The notes under the pieces are model-generated. The model had not been told where the DNA came from. It made no database searches and saw only the letters and a program-made list of their open reading frames with translations. 64,000 nucleotides of DNA from Mobula hypostoma. Its lineage: Eukaryota. Numbering within the stretch: position 1 is the stretch's first letter; the number at the start of each line of letters is the position of its first letter. The stretch covers positions 36,148,001 through 36,212,000 of the forward strand of contig NC_086109.1 of the NCBI RefSeq assembly GCF_963921235.1, read 5' to 3'. This document shows, one piece after another, positions 24,909 through 37,100 of the stretch. Made by a program: the position numbers and the translations under genes.

Positions 24909-25439
24909 AAGAGAGCTTCTTAAAGAAGTTCTCTCCAAGGCAACAATGGAAACACTGCAGATAGCCATGGAATGATGAAAATCATGTAGAAGGTGGACCT
25001 ATCTTAAGTATGTCAGTCCATCGTCAATCCACCTACCCTGTGATACCCATATACTCTGTGTCATAAGTGACCCCATGTCTCATCACCTACCAGTATGATA
25101 GAGATTGCATTATGTTCTTCTGATGTATGTTATGGAAGTGTGCTGCAATAAGCAATGGGAGAACCAACGCCGCTGTTTAGAATATGTGTTGCAATAAAAA
25201 TCTGTTGTGAGCTCGCAGAGAGAAATACAAATATATGGATCAGTCGGAGCCATTCAAGTCACATCTCCTTTATATCATTCTACTGCTGTGCCAGTTGTTT
25301 TACTGTGAGTTATAAATGCACTTCCAACAACCAATTTTTATCAGTAGCTCTACTATGTACCAAATAATATAAATGATTAGGTATACTTTTATTTGGCTTC
25401 TCACAGTTCTGTAAATTAAGGTGATCCAAAACTCCATGC

Positions 25440-26915
25440 TCATAAAGTCATGCAGCACTGGAGCGTAGACACCATCCCTGAAGCCTATCTAATCCACGTC
25501 AAACCATTATTCTGCCTAGACCCATCAACCAAAACTTGGACCATTATCCTTCCTGACATTCCCACCACCCCTCCCCCCACCATCCATGCACTTATCCAAA
25601 CTTCCCTTAACTGCTGAAATTGATCCTTCATCTACCACTTCCCCAGAAGCTCATTTCACACTTACACATTCCCTCTGCCTGAAGAAGTTCCTCACTAGGC
25701 CCTTCTTGATTATTTCACCTTTCACCTTTAATCTACGTATGTACTCTACTTTCAGTTTTAACCAGCCTCAGAGGGAAAAGCCTGCTTGCATTAATCCTAT
25801 CTATACCCCTCATAATTTTGTATACCTCAGCCAAATTTCCCTTCATTCTCCTATGTTCCAGAAGGTAAAGTCATAACCTATTCAACCTTTCCTTGTTGCA
25901 CTGGGCAACATTTTTTTCCAAAGTGTTGCTTCCACAGTATGTTTCTTTTTCAGTTTATGAATATTTGTATTACATAGAAATTTGGAGAAACAAGAAATCA
26001 ACTTTTCATTGAATATACAGTAATGCAATTAATTGCATTATGGTGCTGAATCTTTGCAATAGTTCAACTAAGTTAAACATGACTTATTGATGATTTTTGT
26101 TTGTAAACAGTGTCTGAGGCTTCTCACTTAAGTGTCCAGTAATAATCAGCCAGCATTGATGGATTCTAATTGCCCTGATACCATTCCTCCATGAACACAA
26201 TGTCCTGATGAAACCTTTTACCATGCTCAAGGTTTGCAGGAAAGTCTAAAAGGGAATGCAGAAAATAAATCTTTAGGGCCATGTTACACATCATGGTTTT
26301 GTATGCTTGAAGCATGTTGTCAACCAGCTGCATGTAGTTTGGTGCCCTACAGTAGCCAAGAAAAATTTCAACAACATTCTTGAATGCCTTCCATGGGATT
26401 TTCTCTGGTCCCACTAGAAGTTTATCGAATTGCCTGTCGTTGATGACTTGTTTGAATTGTGGACCAATGAAAAATCCTTCCCTAATCATGGCATCAATTA
26501 TTCTGGGATCATCTGTCTCAAATATTGAAATCCTTCACAGAAATTTATAGCCTTTCTAAAACGTGTCCTGCCAAGCAGCATCCACCCTGCCTAAATAACT
26601 CCAAACATGACTGAACAAAATAGAAAATCTTTCCATTTACATTGTGCAACATTTCAATTGATTTGAATAAACAACTTGCTAGGCTTGGAAGAAATAAAAG
26701 TACAGGCGATTACAAAAGTATGGTGCATGATAGGCAAATTTCATGGTGATTTTCATGATCAGCAGCCCAAAATCCATAAAATACACCCAAAAGTATTCAG
26801 GAAGCAAAATGTTTGTTTTCCAATGTAATTCAGATCCTCAAGTCCCAGCAGCATCCTTGTAAAATTTCTCTGTACTCTTAATCTTGTTGATATATTTCCT
26901 GTTGGCAGGTAACTC
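25440..26915 (-). mobile_element. CR1 3' fragment split by a DNA transposon
   Basis: CR1 sequence at 25440-25895 resumes at 26826 (taattcagatcctcaagtcccagcagcatcc). Confidence 0.75.
25899..26825 (-). mobile_element. Internally deleted Chapaev3-like (CMC superfamily) DNA transposon
   Basis: ORF 26166..26489 (EGFFIGPQ...WKAFKNVV..FLG...MALKIYFLHSLLDF...HGKRFHQDI..ME.WYQG) resembles the Chapaev3 transposase C-terminus as I recall it. The termini are CACTGGGCAACA and a degraded gtttgttttccaatg, and the right flank is TAA. Confidence 0.7.
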
Positions 26916-28344
26916 ATGTTAATAGGTATCATGTTGTACTAATCAAAGTGGGATCAGTCTTGATTTAAAGACAGCAGACCATTAGGTGTGTACCTGATCT
27001 ATTTTCCAGAGTGCAGTCCAGTCATTGGAAGATTTTAAGAGTGCCAGCCTCTCCTACAAGAGGTTTGGTGCTTTATATTGCTGTTGTCTGTATTTTCCGG
27101 TTGTCAGAGACTCTGATAGGTGAGAAGGTATTAAATGACATGATTCTGTGATGTTCTAGGAGAGCAGAAATACTTCTTCCAAGCCTAGCTAGTTGATTAT
27201 TAAGTTCCTCCATTGCCACAGCTTATCACAGTCCCTGAACCATTAATTCTCCCCAATCACTATCACTTTACATGAAATGTCACTTTTCCTAAAGCCCCAC
27301 CCTCAACCAACCACCCCACCTTCAATCACCAAAACATGATGTCTTTTGATGTTCCATAATTTTCTCATATGATACGTGAAATCAAGTCATGATCTCTTCA
27401 ACACCAGGCAGAGACCTATTCCCAGAAGTTCTTCACAAGCCTAAATATCAGGCTAGTGTTTGAGTATGGACAGTGATAAACAAAGAAATATACAAGTGAA
27501 AATTAAAACCTGTTCTGGGAATCCGCCATTCCATCTTTAAAACTCCATCACAATGTATAACAGTGAACTAAGAATGTTGAAGCAGTAACTTATAAAATAC
27601 AATTATAATTCAGTAATCCAATTCAGTGTTCAGTACTTTTCCAGCAACTTACATAATAAATTCTTAGACAAAATTGGTCTGAGTAATTGCTATAAAATGA
27701 TAATATAGAATAATTGTTAAAATCCACACTCTTGGAAACTTACATCTGATAGAAAACAGAACTTTCAACACATTTGATGAGCTATGACATTAATCTTTCC
27801 CCATCACTACTCTGATTGATTGATTAGCTTCAGGCAACATTTTGATCCAATATGCTTTTGACAGAAATAAATTTGCTTCAAATATTGATCTGAAAAAATA
27901 TATTTTATAACCTGTCTACCTAACAGTAAGCTGACAATAACTGATGCTGCCTTGTACATTTCCATTAGGCAGGTCACTTTCCTCACTTTCATTCTATTGT
28001 GGTCAAGCAACACATATTTCTCAATACCTTATCTCCTTGAACTGAAGCCAAGGCATTTAATTGAAAAAGTAAATAAATGGATGCAAGTTCCAACAAATCA
28101 AAGCAATAAATCACAGAGGAAAATTCTGAAACATTTTGACCATTGAACTTCCATTAAGTTGTCTTTGAAAATTAAAACCATGAAAGGATTTTAACCAGTC
28201 ATTGATCATCTGACTGAACGTTAATGATCAATACCTCCACCTCATTTTATAAATAAGTGCAATGTTTTGTATCAAGAAAATCAACAAAAAATACTGAATT
28301 ATATTAATTGTAAATTAAAAATATCACAGTTTCAATCAAGGCAA

Positions 28345-28895
28345 ATAATAAATCACCATCAAAGCACCATTGAGAGCATGCTGACAAGCTGCGTCTCCAG
28401 CTGGTATGGGAGCAGCAGAGCATCAGACTGGAAGACCCTGAAAAGGGCTGTGAGAATGGCTAAGAGGATCATAAGGGTATCCTTACCGTCTATTGGGAAC
28501 ATTTATCAGGAGCGCTGCATACGCAGGGCCCTTAGTATTATCAAGGATCCCACTCACCCACCAGCATCCTCTCTGACTGTCTGCCCCCAGGCAGGAGATT
28601 CTGATGCATAGAAATAAAAATGGTCAGGATGAGGAACAGTTTTTTTCCCCTCAGGCCATTAGGCTTCTGAACTTCCTCCCACATTCGAAGTGTCACAAGT
28701 TAATTTGTTCTGAACTTTACAATATTTAATTTATGCACTTTTCTTTGTTTATTTATGTGTTACTTTCCTAAATTATTTTATGTTATATGTGTGTTATGTG
28801 TACTGCTGTGCTCTGCATCCTGGGCCAGAGAAGCGCTGTCTCATTTGGCGATATGCATGTGTATAGTTAAGTGACAATAAACATGACTTGACTTG
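28345..28895 (+). mobile_element. Rex1-type LINE 3' fragment
   Basis: It encodes STIESMLTSCVSSWYGS...RALSIIKDPTHP and ends in aataaa plus a (gactt)n tail. Confidence 0.85.
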
Positions 28896-29294
28896 AGTGG
28901 ACAGACAAACTTTTTGCAATGAGAGGAAATACAGATGTATCCTTGGGATCATGGAGCTTACACACAGGTCTGACACTTCATTCTGAGTATCTGAGGAAAC
29001 TGCTGACCAGTGTCATTGAAGGTTGTGGAAACACGAGGGTCACAGAGTCATATGTCTATATATGATAGAGATTTAAGAGCTGAAGTCTGTTGATCCCTAA
29101 TCCTCCTCTCCTGACTGCCCAGTATCCACCAATGTGACTGCCTAAATGAATGTGCCAATCTCTCCAAGACCCATAAAACAGAAATGATTAATTATCGTCA
29201 CCCTCTCACCCCTACTCTTCCACCGAACATTGTTACAATGCATGCCCAGTAAAGGTTTTGGCCACCAACCCCACACCACAAACCTATGAATGCT

Positions 29295-30010
29295 ATGAAT
29301 TTATTTAAATCTTACATCTATCCCACAACGTGAGGGAGTGAAAATTTATGACTCCATTGCTGTGTACAGACAGGTGAATTTAAAAGTCTAATGGCTTGTA
29401 GAAAGAAGCTGTCCCATAGCCTGTTGGTCCTGGCTGCTAAACGAAAGCAGCTGAAACACTTTATGGTTGAAAAGACAGTTGTCCCCCATGGTCTTCCAGG
29501 CCTTCTTTCTGCACCTGCTGCTATAAATATCCTCGGAGGTGGGAAGTTCACATCCACAGATGTGCTGGGCTGTCCGTATCACTCTCTGCAGAGCCCAGTG
29601 ATCAAGATTGGTGCAGTTCCTGTACCAGGCAGTGATACAGCCAGTCAGGATGCTCTCAGTGATGCCCCCTGTAGAAGGTCTTGAGGATTTGAGGGCTCAT
29701 GCCAAACTTCTTCAGTTGCCTGATGTGTAAGAGACACTGTGTGCTCTTTTTTGCCACAAAGTCGGTGTGTACAGTCCAGGTGAGATCATCGGTTATGTGT
29801 ATCCTGAGGAAATTGAAACTACTCACCCTCTCAACTGCAGACCCATTGACGTTGATCAGGCCAAGCCTTCTCCACTCCTCTTGCAATCCACAATCAGTTC
29901 TTTTGTTTTTTGGACATTGAAGGAGAGGTTCTCATCCTGGAACTACTGTGTCTGGGTGTCAACCTCTCCTCTGTAGGCCGTCTCATTACCACTTGAAATA
30001 AGGCCAATCC
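29295..30010 (-). mobile_element. Rex1-type LINE fragment
   Basis: It encodes VNGSAVERVSSFNFLRIHITDDLTWTVH, IRTAQHICGCELP and DSFFLQAIRLLN. Confidence 0.85.
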
Positions 30011-30544
30011 AACCTGGTTTTGGAGGAGTAATATATAGAAAGTTGTCAAGTCGGGATGTTTACTTGGTTGACCCTAACATCTTGGATCCTGTGTATAAGT
30101 GAAGTTTACAGCAAGTGCTAAAAAACATGGCTCCGTTACTTTTAGACAATTATATTAGGAGTGTTGGACCATCAATCTGCTGGTCAGGACCGATAAATTG
30201 GAGATCAGCAGATGTGCAACTGTTGGGTAAATCAAGGACCAACAACTGGACAAATGGTACATGTGTTATTGAGTAAAATTTGGAATATAATAGCTTATTT
30301 TCTTCTGAATGTTATCAGGTTACTTTAATTTATTTAATAATATAAAAGAGCCTTTTACATTTCATTAGTAAGGGGCCTACCCACAGCATAAGATCTTCTG
30401 ATTGGAGTTTCTAATCAAAAAAAGTCTTATTTTACAATTTACTTTTCTGAAGTTTTCTCGCTGGTATTTCGAACCAATCAATAATCTGGGAAACATGCTT
30501 CCTACCATTCAATTATTTCACTACCTAGAGCCCTAAGGCACTTG

Positions 30545-32055
30545 ATTACAATCATTCAGCTCTCTCTTTACAAGCTACATTTCAACGTATTATGGAAGCT
30601 GCACTGCAGTGGACAAGAAGGCTCTAACACGGGTAGTCAAAACTGCCCGATGCATCCCTGGCACCAGCCTACCTGCGATCAAGGTCATTTATACAGAAAT
30701 GTGCTGGAAAACAGCAGTAACATCTTGAAGGATCACATACTCCTTACTCATGGGCTGTTTGTCCGAGTCCCATCAGGGAAGACACTATGTAGCATCCACG
30801 CCAAGACCACCAGACTCAAAAACAGTTACTGTACTTTCTCCAAGAAATAAAAAAATGATCAACACCTCCACCATTAACTCCACAACTACTTTATTATTTC
30901 CCATCAGCCACCTTATATACAGTCTAGCGTCACTTTATGGATATACAAACAATCTACTGTATATAGATTCTACTGAATATAGTTCTACTGTATATAGAGT
31001 CTTGTCATCTTCAGATGTTTTCAGATGACTCTGCCATGGTTCGATGCATCAGCAAGGAAGATGAGGCTGAGTACAGGGCTACGGTAGGAAAATTTGTCAC
31101 ATGGTGTGAGCAGAATTATCTGCAGCTTAATGTGAAAAAGATTAAGGAGCTGGTGGTAGACCTGAGGAGAGTTAAGGTACCGGTGACCCCTGTTTCCATC
31201 CAGAGAGTCAGTGTGGACATGGTGGAGGATTACAAATACCTGGGGATGTGAATTGACAATAAACTGGACTGGTCAAAGAACACCGAGGCTGTCTACAAGA
31301 AGGGTCAGGGCCGTCTCTATTTCCTGAGGAGACTGAGGTCCTTCAACATCTGCCGGACGATGCTAAGGATGTTCTACGAGTCTGTGGTGGCCAGTGCTAT
31401 CATGTTTGCTGTTGTGTGCTGGGGCAGCAGGCTGAGGGTAGCAGACACCAACAGAATCAACAATCTCATTCGTAAGGCCAGTGATGTTGTGGGGATGGAA
31501 CTGGACTCTCTCACGGTGGTGTCTGAAAAGAGGATGCTGTCCAAGTTGCATGGCATCTTGGTCAATGGCTCCCATCCACTACATAATGTACTGGTTGGGC
31601 ACAGGAGTACATTCAGCCAGAGACTCATTCCACCGAGATGCAGCACAGAGCGTCATAGGAAGTCATTCCTGCCTGTGGCCATCAAACTTTACAACTCCTC
31701 CCTTGGAGGGTCAGACATCCTGAGCCGATAGGCTGGTCCTGGACTTATTTCATAATTTACTGGCATAATTTACATATTACTATTTAACTATTTACGGTTC
31801 TATTACTATTTATTATTTATGGTGCAACTGTAACGAAAACCAATTTCCCTCGGGATCAATAAAGTATGACTATGACTATGACTATACAAAGGCCATCTTA
31901 TGTATTTATGGTTATTGTTGTGTCTTTAGTATTGTTATATTCTTTATATTTTTGTTTTTGAGCTTCATCAGACACAGAATAACATCTATTTTGTTCTCCT
32001 TACACTTGTGTACAGGAAATGGCATTAGACAACCTTGAATCTTGAATCTTGAAAT
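30545..32055 (+). mobile_element. Old Rex1-type 3' fragment whose 3'UTR is interrupted by a younger Rex1
   Basis: Degraded DUF1891-like sequence lies at 30545-30850. The 3'UTR resumes at ~31886 and ends in a (cttgaat)n tail at ~32035-32052. Confidence 0.7.
30997..31883 (+). mobile_element. Rex1/Babar-type LINE, same subfamily as 17191-18090
   Basis: ORFs 31015..31251 and 31360..31731 are nearly identical to 17140..17970. It ends in a (tatgac)3 tail. Confidence 0.92.
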
Positions 32056-32744
32056 GATTAAAAACATATAAAATGTTGGATATATTCAGTATATTGGACA
32101 AAGTTGAGTTCCAAGCTAATTGTCTTTCATCAGAAGTGTAACGTTTCTGAGATGTGCCCGTTTCTGAGTAGATGCAGATAAAGGGAAAGGGGAGTGGGGG
32201 TGGGGTGGCGGGAGGAATGAAAATTAGGGTGTGTTGTAGTGTTAAGGAAGACATAAAGTTAAGGACGAAATAACTGATTAAAAGTGTAATGATGGCCTGA
32301 TAATATTCATCTTCCCCAGTCCAAATATACATATTATCTGAGTGTTAATAAAAATTTATTGGATTTTTGAACATCAGTTATGCTTCACAATTATTTGTTT
32401 GCTTGTATCACTCTTTGGAGCATTCTATGGCTGTACAAAGGGATCAATGGAAAGTTACAATTTATTTAAACAACTGTGTAATCCAAGTTTGTACCTGTGT
32501 GTTTTCCTTGTTAACTGATTGGCTATATTCCTCTCCTACACATATCCCCCTGTTGCTCAGTTTCCTCTCCATGCCAGCAAAGGGAGTAGAGCTCTACACA
32601 GAACAACTCAATGCAATAACTTAGTAAGATACTCCTCAGAGACTCGGATGCTTGTACCTTTACTTCTTCACCTGGAATTAATTTCTTGTTATTTTCACCA
32701 CATGAAAGAGTTTGGAATCCTTGTTTGATAAAATAATTAATTTA

Positions 32745-32990
32745 TCTTATTTATTTAGAGACACAGCACAGTAACATCCTTCCAGCTAGCAAGCCCACAC
32801 AGCCCAAATGCACGAATGTGACAGATTAATTACGGGCCCATGCTTCTTTTGAATGCTGAATGATAACAGAGCACCAGAGCAAAATCCACGTTATTGTGGG
32901 GAGAATGGACAAACTCCTTACAAGCAGCAGTTGGAATTGAACCCATGTTGCTAGTGCTGTAGCAGTGATATACTACACCACACGACCATG
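32745..32990 (-). mobile_element. V-SINE/HE1-like SINE
   Basis: The reverse complement carries a B-box (gggttcaattcc) and the V-domain (ggagtttgtccattctccccac). Confidence 0.65.
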
Positions 32991-33429
32991 CTGCTCAAGC
33001 ACAATAATTTTTAACGAAACATATATCATAAAATTTGCGATCTGGATTATAAGAGAGGCCCCATCTCGTCTCCACAGCATTCTATACTCATTTCTGGAGG
33101 GATTTACTTTAAAAAGAATGGAAAGGAAGTGTTCCATGGTGATCACAAAACTGTGCCAAAGAGGACAGTTGAATAAGTAAGCCAACAAGAACATGAAGGC
33201 ACAAGAGATTGCAGGTGCTGGAGTGGAGTAACAGAAGATCTGCTGGAGGTACTCAGCCGGTCAGGAGGATCTGTGGGATGAAAGGAACTTTCAATGTTCT
33301 GGGTTGAAGCCCTGCATCAGGGCTGAGAGTGGTGAGACAAGATGACCAGGTGTAAAGAGGAGGTGGGGGAATGGTAACAAAGAAGCCTGAAGTGAACACA
33401 ACTGATGTGACACAACAGCAAGATGATCG

Positions 33430-33890
33430 TCATGGAGTCACGGAACAATGGCCCTCTAGTCTAACCACCCTGTACTGACGATGGTGCCCACCCAGCCAGT
33501 CACACTACTTCTTGTGCTTGGTGCTTTTCCCTCTAAGTCCCACCCCTATGTCTACTTGCCCATATGCTTCTTAAGTAACACTAATCTACCTGCCTCAACT
33601 TCTTTCTCTGATAGTTCATCCCATATACACTAACATAAGTAAAGAAGGGTAGATTTAAGAAGTCCCCTCTTAAATCTTTTCCTTAACAATCTAAACTGAT
33701 GTCACGTACCTTTGGACTCTCCAACTCTGGGGAAAGTACTGTTATCATCCACCTTATTATGCCTCTTATAATTTTTCACTTTGTTACATTCGCTTGGCTA
33801 ACCTTTCCCTATAGTCTCTAGTCCTGGCAACAAACTCATAAATCTTCTCTGCACTTTTTTCCAGTTTTCACAGGTTAACCAGGTCTGTAA
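33430..33890 (-). mobile_element. Degraded CR1 3' fragment
   Basis: It resembles the other minus-strand CR1 3' ends in the window (aatcttctctgcac, gcctcttataattt). Confidence 0.55.
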
Positions 33891-34153
33891 ATATGAATTG
33901 CTGAAGGTAGACAGAGGTTTGACCAGGTGTGATCATGAAGAAGCTCCTTATATATTAAAATGTAGGGGCAGATAAAAGATCCTAGAGCTAGCTTCCACGA
34001 TTCAGTCAGTGTTTAGCTATCTAGGTCTTTCATAGGCTTTCTCTCTATGTTTCTTAACATGCTTGGTAAGCAAAAAAATAATCAACTTGCAAGATTTATA
34101 AACATACTAGGAACATAACATTATTTTGTTTTTAATCTATGTGCTGTGAAATA

Positions 34154-37100
34154 CATAGTTCTGGGTATGACTCGAAACTGCAACCGGTGATGAGGCTCTG
34201 ATTGGCGACTTTTAGAGCTTTGGGGAAAGTAGAGTTACTCCTTAGTCATTCATTGCTCCCAGGGACGCTCTGACCTGAAACAGTAGCTCCTGCAAGGGTT
34301 CCTGCTCGGGATACGAGCGAAGGCCAACTGCAGATCTGGCAGGTTCAGTAACTGAACTTATGATGGAGAAGGCGGATGAGCTAGGACCTGAAATGTCAAC
34401 AGCTATAGTACAGGTGGATGAACATTTGGGAATAGAAATGGCAATTTCTCTAGTTCGCCCAATGGAAGGCAATAGCAAACCACTATTGCTAGATACTAGG
34501 TTTCCTAGAATCTATTTGCTAAGAAAACTATGGCCAAACTCACAAAATATATCACACAACAACAGCATCAAGAGGATCTGCAAGAAAATTCTGAAGATGC
34601 TTCGCTCGGTAAGGTTGATTCTGGGCAGCAGGGAATCCCTGACCGTCATCAAGCTACTGCTCATAAAATTCAAGTAATGTAAAAGAAAATTATTGCCACT
34701 TGGAATGTAAGAACCCTATACCAAGCAGGAAGATTGGACAGTGTGATAAATGAAATGGAACGACTAAGGAGTAACATCATGGAATTTAGTGAAGTTCGTT
34801 GGGTAGGTGCTGGAACATATCATGTAGAAATAAAACACTAATTTATTCTTGTGGAACATCCCATACTAATGGAGTATGAATTCTTATGGATGAAAACATG
34901 GCAAAAAGTGTTTTAGGACATTGGGCAATACCAGAAAGAGTGTTCCTTATTAGATTCAGAGGACAGCCATTTGATTTAGCAGTTATACAGGTATATGCAC
35001 CTACAACAGATGGAACAAATGCGGATATAGATAAGTTCTATGAAGAGCTTGAACAAGCAAAGAATGGATCAAATCTCAATATATTGTTATTGTCATGGGA
35101 GATCTAAATGCTAAAGTAGGACAAGGTGCTGATGGAAATACCGTAGGAAAATTTGGACTAGGAGAAAGAAATGAAAGAGGTGAGAAATGGGTAGAATGGT
35201 GCAAGATGAATAATCGGGTCGTTATGAATACCTACTTTAAAAACCATCCAAGACACTTGTGGACCTGGAAAAGTCCAGGTAATAACACTAGAAATCAAAT
35301 TGACTTAATTACTATAAACCAAAGATTTAGAAACTCAGTGACTCAATGCAAACATATCCAGGTGCAGACTGTAATAGTGACCATAACCCAGTAGTATGTC
35401 AGGTAAAAGTAAAACTTAAGTGGAGCTACTAGGACGTGATGTTTCAATCCCTATGGTAAGTTGGCACTCTCGATGTTGGCAGTGGGTTTGGAGTGGTGAC
35501 AAGGAGGGAGGGTAAGTACGTCATCGGGGTTGTCAGGTGGACACCCTCCTTCTTTGACGTTCCATTGATAAGCCCATGACATCTCCAGAGAGCTCAACGG
35601 TGCTACGTGGCGTCCCAGATACACCCCCCTCAGTTCCATACCCTCCTGTCTTCATCTTGCAGCCCAGTTGTTGTCTTTCCTTTTAATCCAAGTCCAGTTG
35701 CTGCTTTCTTCTGCTGCGTTTGACGAGCACTTGATTGCTTTTGGAGGGAGTGACCCCTCACCGCCATCTTCTTCAATAAACTGGTCGTAGATGTAGCAAC
35801 GAATCCCCTGCATTCCACTTCTACAGGGAAAATTTTGGTCTTCCAGCCATTCTGGGCAGCTTTAGTTGCCGGTTGAGAGAACTTGGTCTTTCTCCTCTCA
35901 TAAGCTTCTTTGACACCATTTTCCCATGGTACTGTCAATTCCATAACATATGCCAGCTTGGCTGTTGTGGACCACAGGACCATGTCTGGCTGGAGTGTTG
36001 TAGCCACAATGTCTAGAGGGGAAAAAAAAGCATTTTTTCCAAATTCATGTCCATTTTCCAATCCCGAGCAACCTGCTTATAGCTTTTGATGTTATATGGT
36101 GCTCTGGAGGTTGGCCTGATGGTACAAATCGTGTGATGTGGACATTTCCTGCCGATATTTGTGGGAGAGCATTTGTGGTGATTCGCCTCTGTTCCAAGAT
36201 TGATGCCAGCTGTCTGAGAACTTGGTTATGCCACCAAGTGTACCACCCCTGGGTGGGGCTCGTGGTGCATCTGTTAAAATGTGCCTTAGTGATGCAGGTA
36301 TTTTACAAAGAAAGCAAGCGGGGTCTTCTCCCCACCATTGGTTCAGGTTCTGGGGTGTGGGCAGGAGGTCATAAGTGGCTCTGATAACAAAACTTAGCCG
36401 AGATCCCTCCATCTCCCAGATGTCACACCAGCTGAGTTTCCTTTTTCCCAGGCTCTCCCAATTAGTCCATTGGCCCTGCTTGGTCATTGAGACGGCCCTG
36501 GTGTGTCGCTCTGCCTCCTCCTGTCTTCTCACCTCCTCCACCACGAGTCGTCTCTTCTGCACTGATGTTGCCTTGTGCCATTGAGGAGCCTTTGGGACAA
36601 GCCCGAGCCCAGCTCTCCCATGTTGGACTTGGCCAACCACATCCCTGAAGTGATGAGCAGACGTAGCACTCTGAACAGCTTCAGATGGGGTCCACCTCCT
36701 CCTTGTTACCACACGGGGGGGGGGCACTGTTCGAATAACAGTATCTTCAGATTCAGTGAGGGTCATGACCAATCTTACTTTGGTGCATTTGAATTCTTCC
36801 ACAAGACTTGAAATTGGTAATTACAATTTGCTGTTCCCATACAGTCCAACAGGACTTAAGCATTGCGGAAGTCCAAGCCACTGTTTTACATGTGTGCTGA
36901 TCATTCTTTTGAGCTTTTCAACCTTGCTGATGGGGATTTCATACACTGTTAAAGGCCACGTGAGTCTTGGAGTATGCCGAACTGGAAGCACCACAGATTG
37001 AGTTTTCCTGGCAGCAAGGTCTTGTTGATGCGAGCTATGTACATGATGGTATTCTTTTTGAGTTGTTTAAACTGCTCGGTGTGCTTGAGCTTAGCATCAT

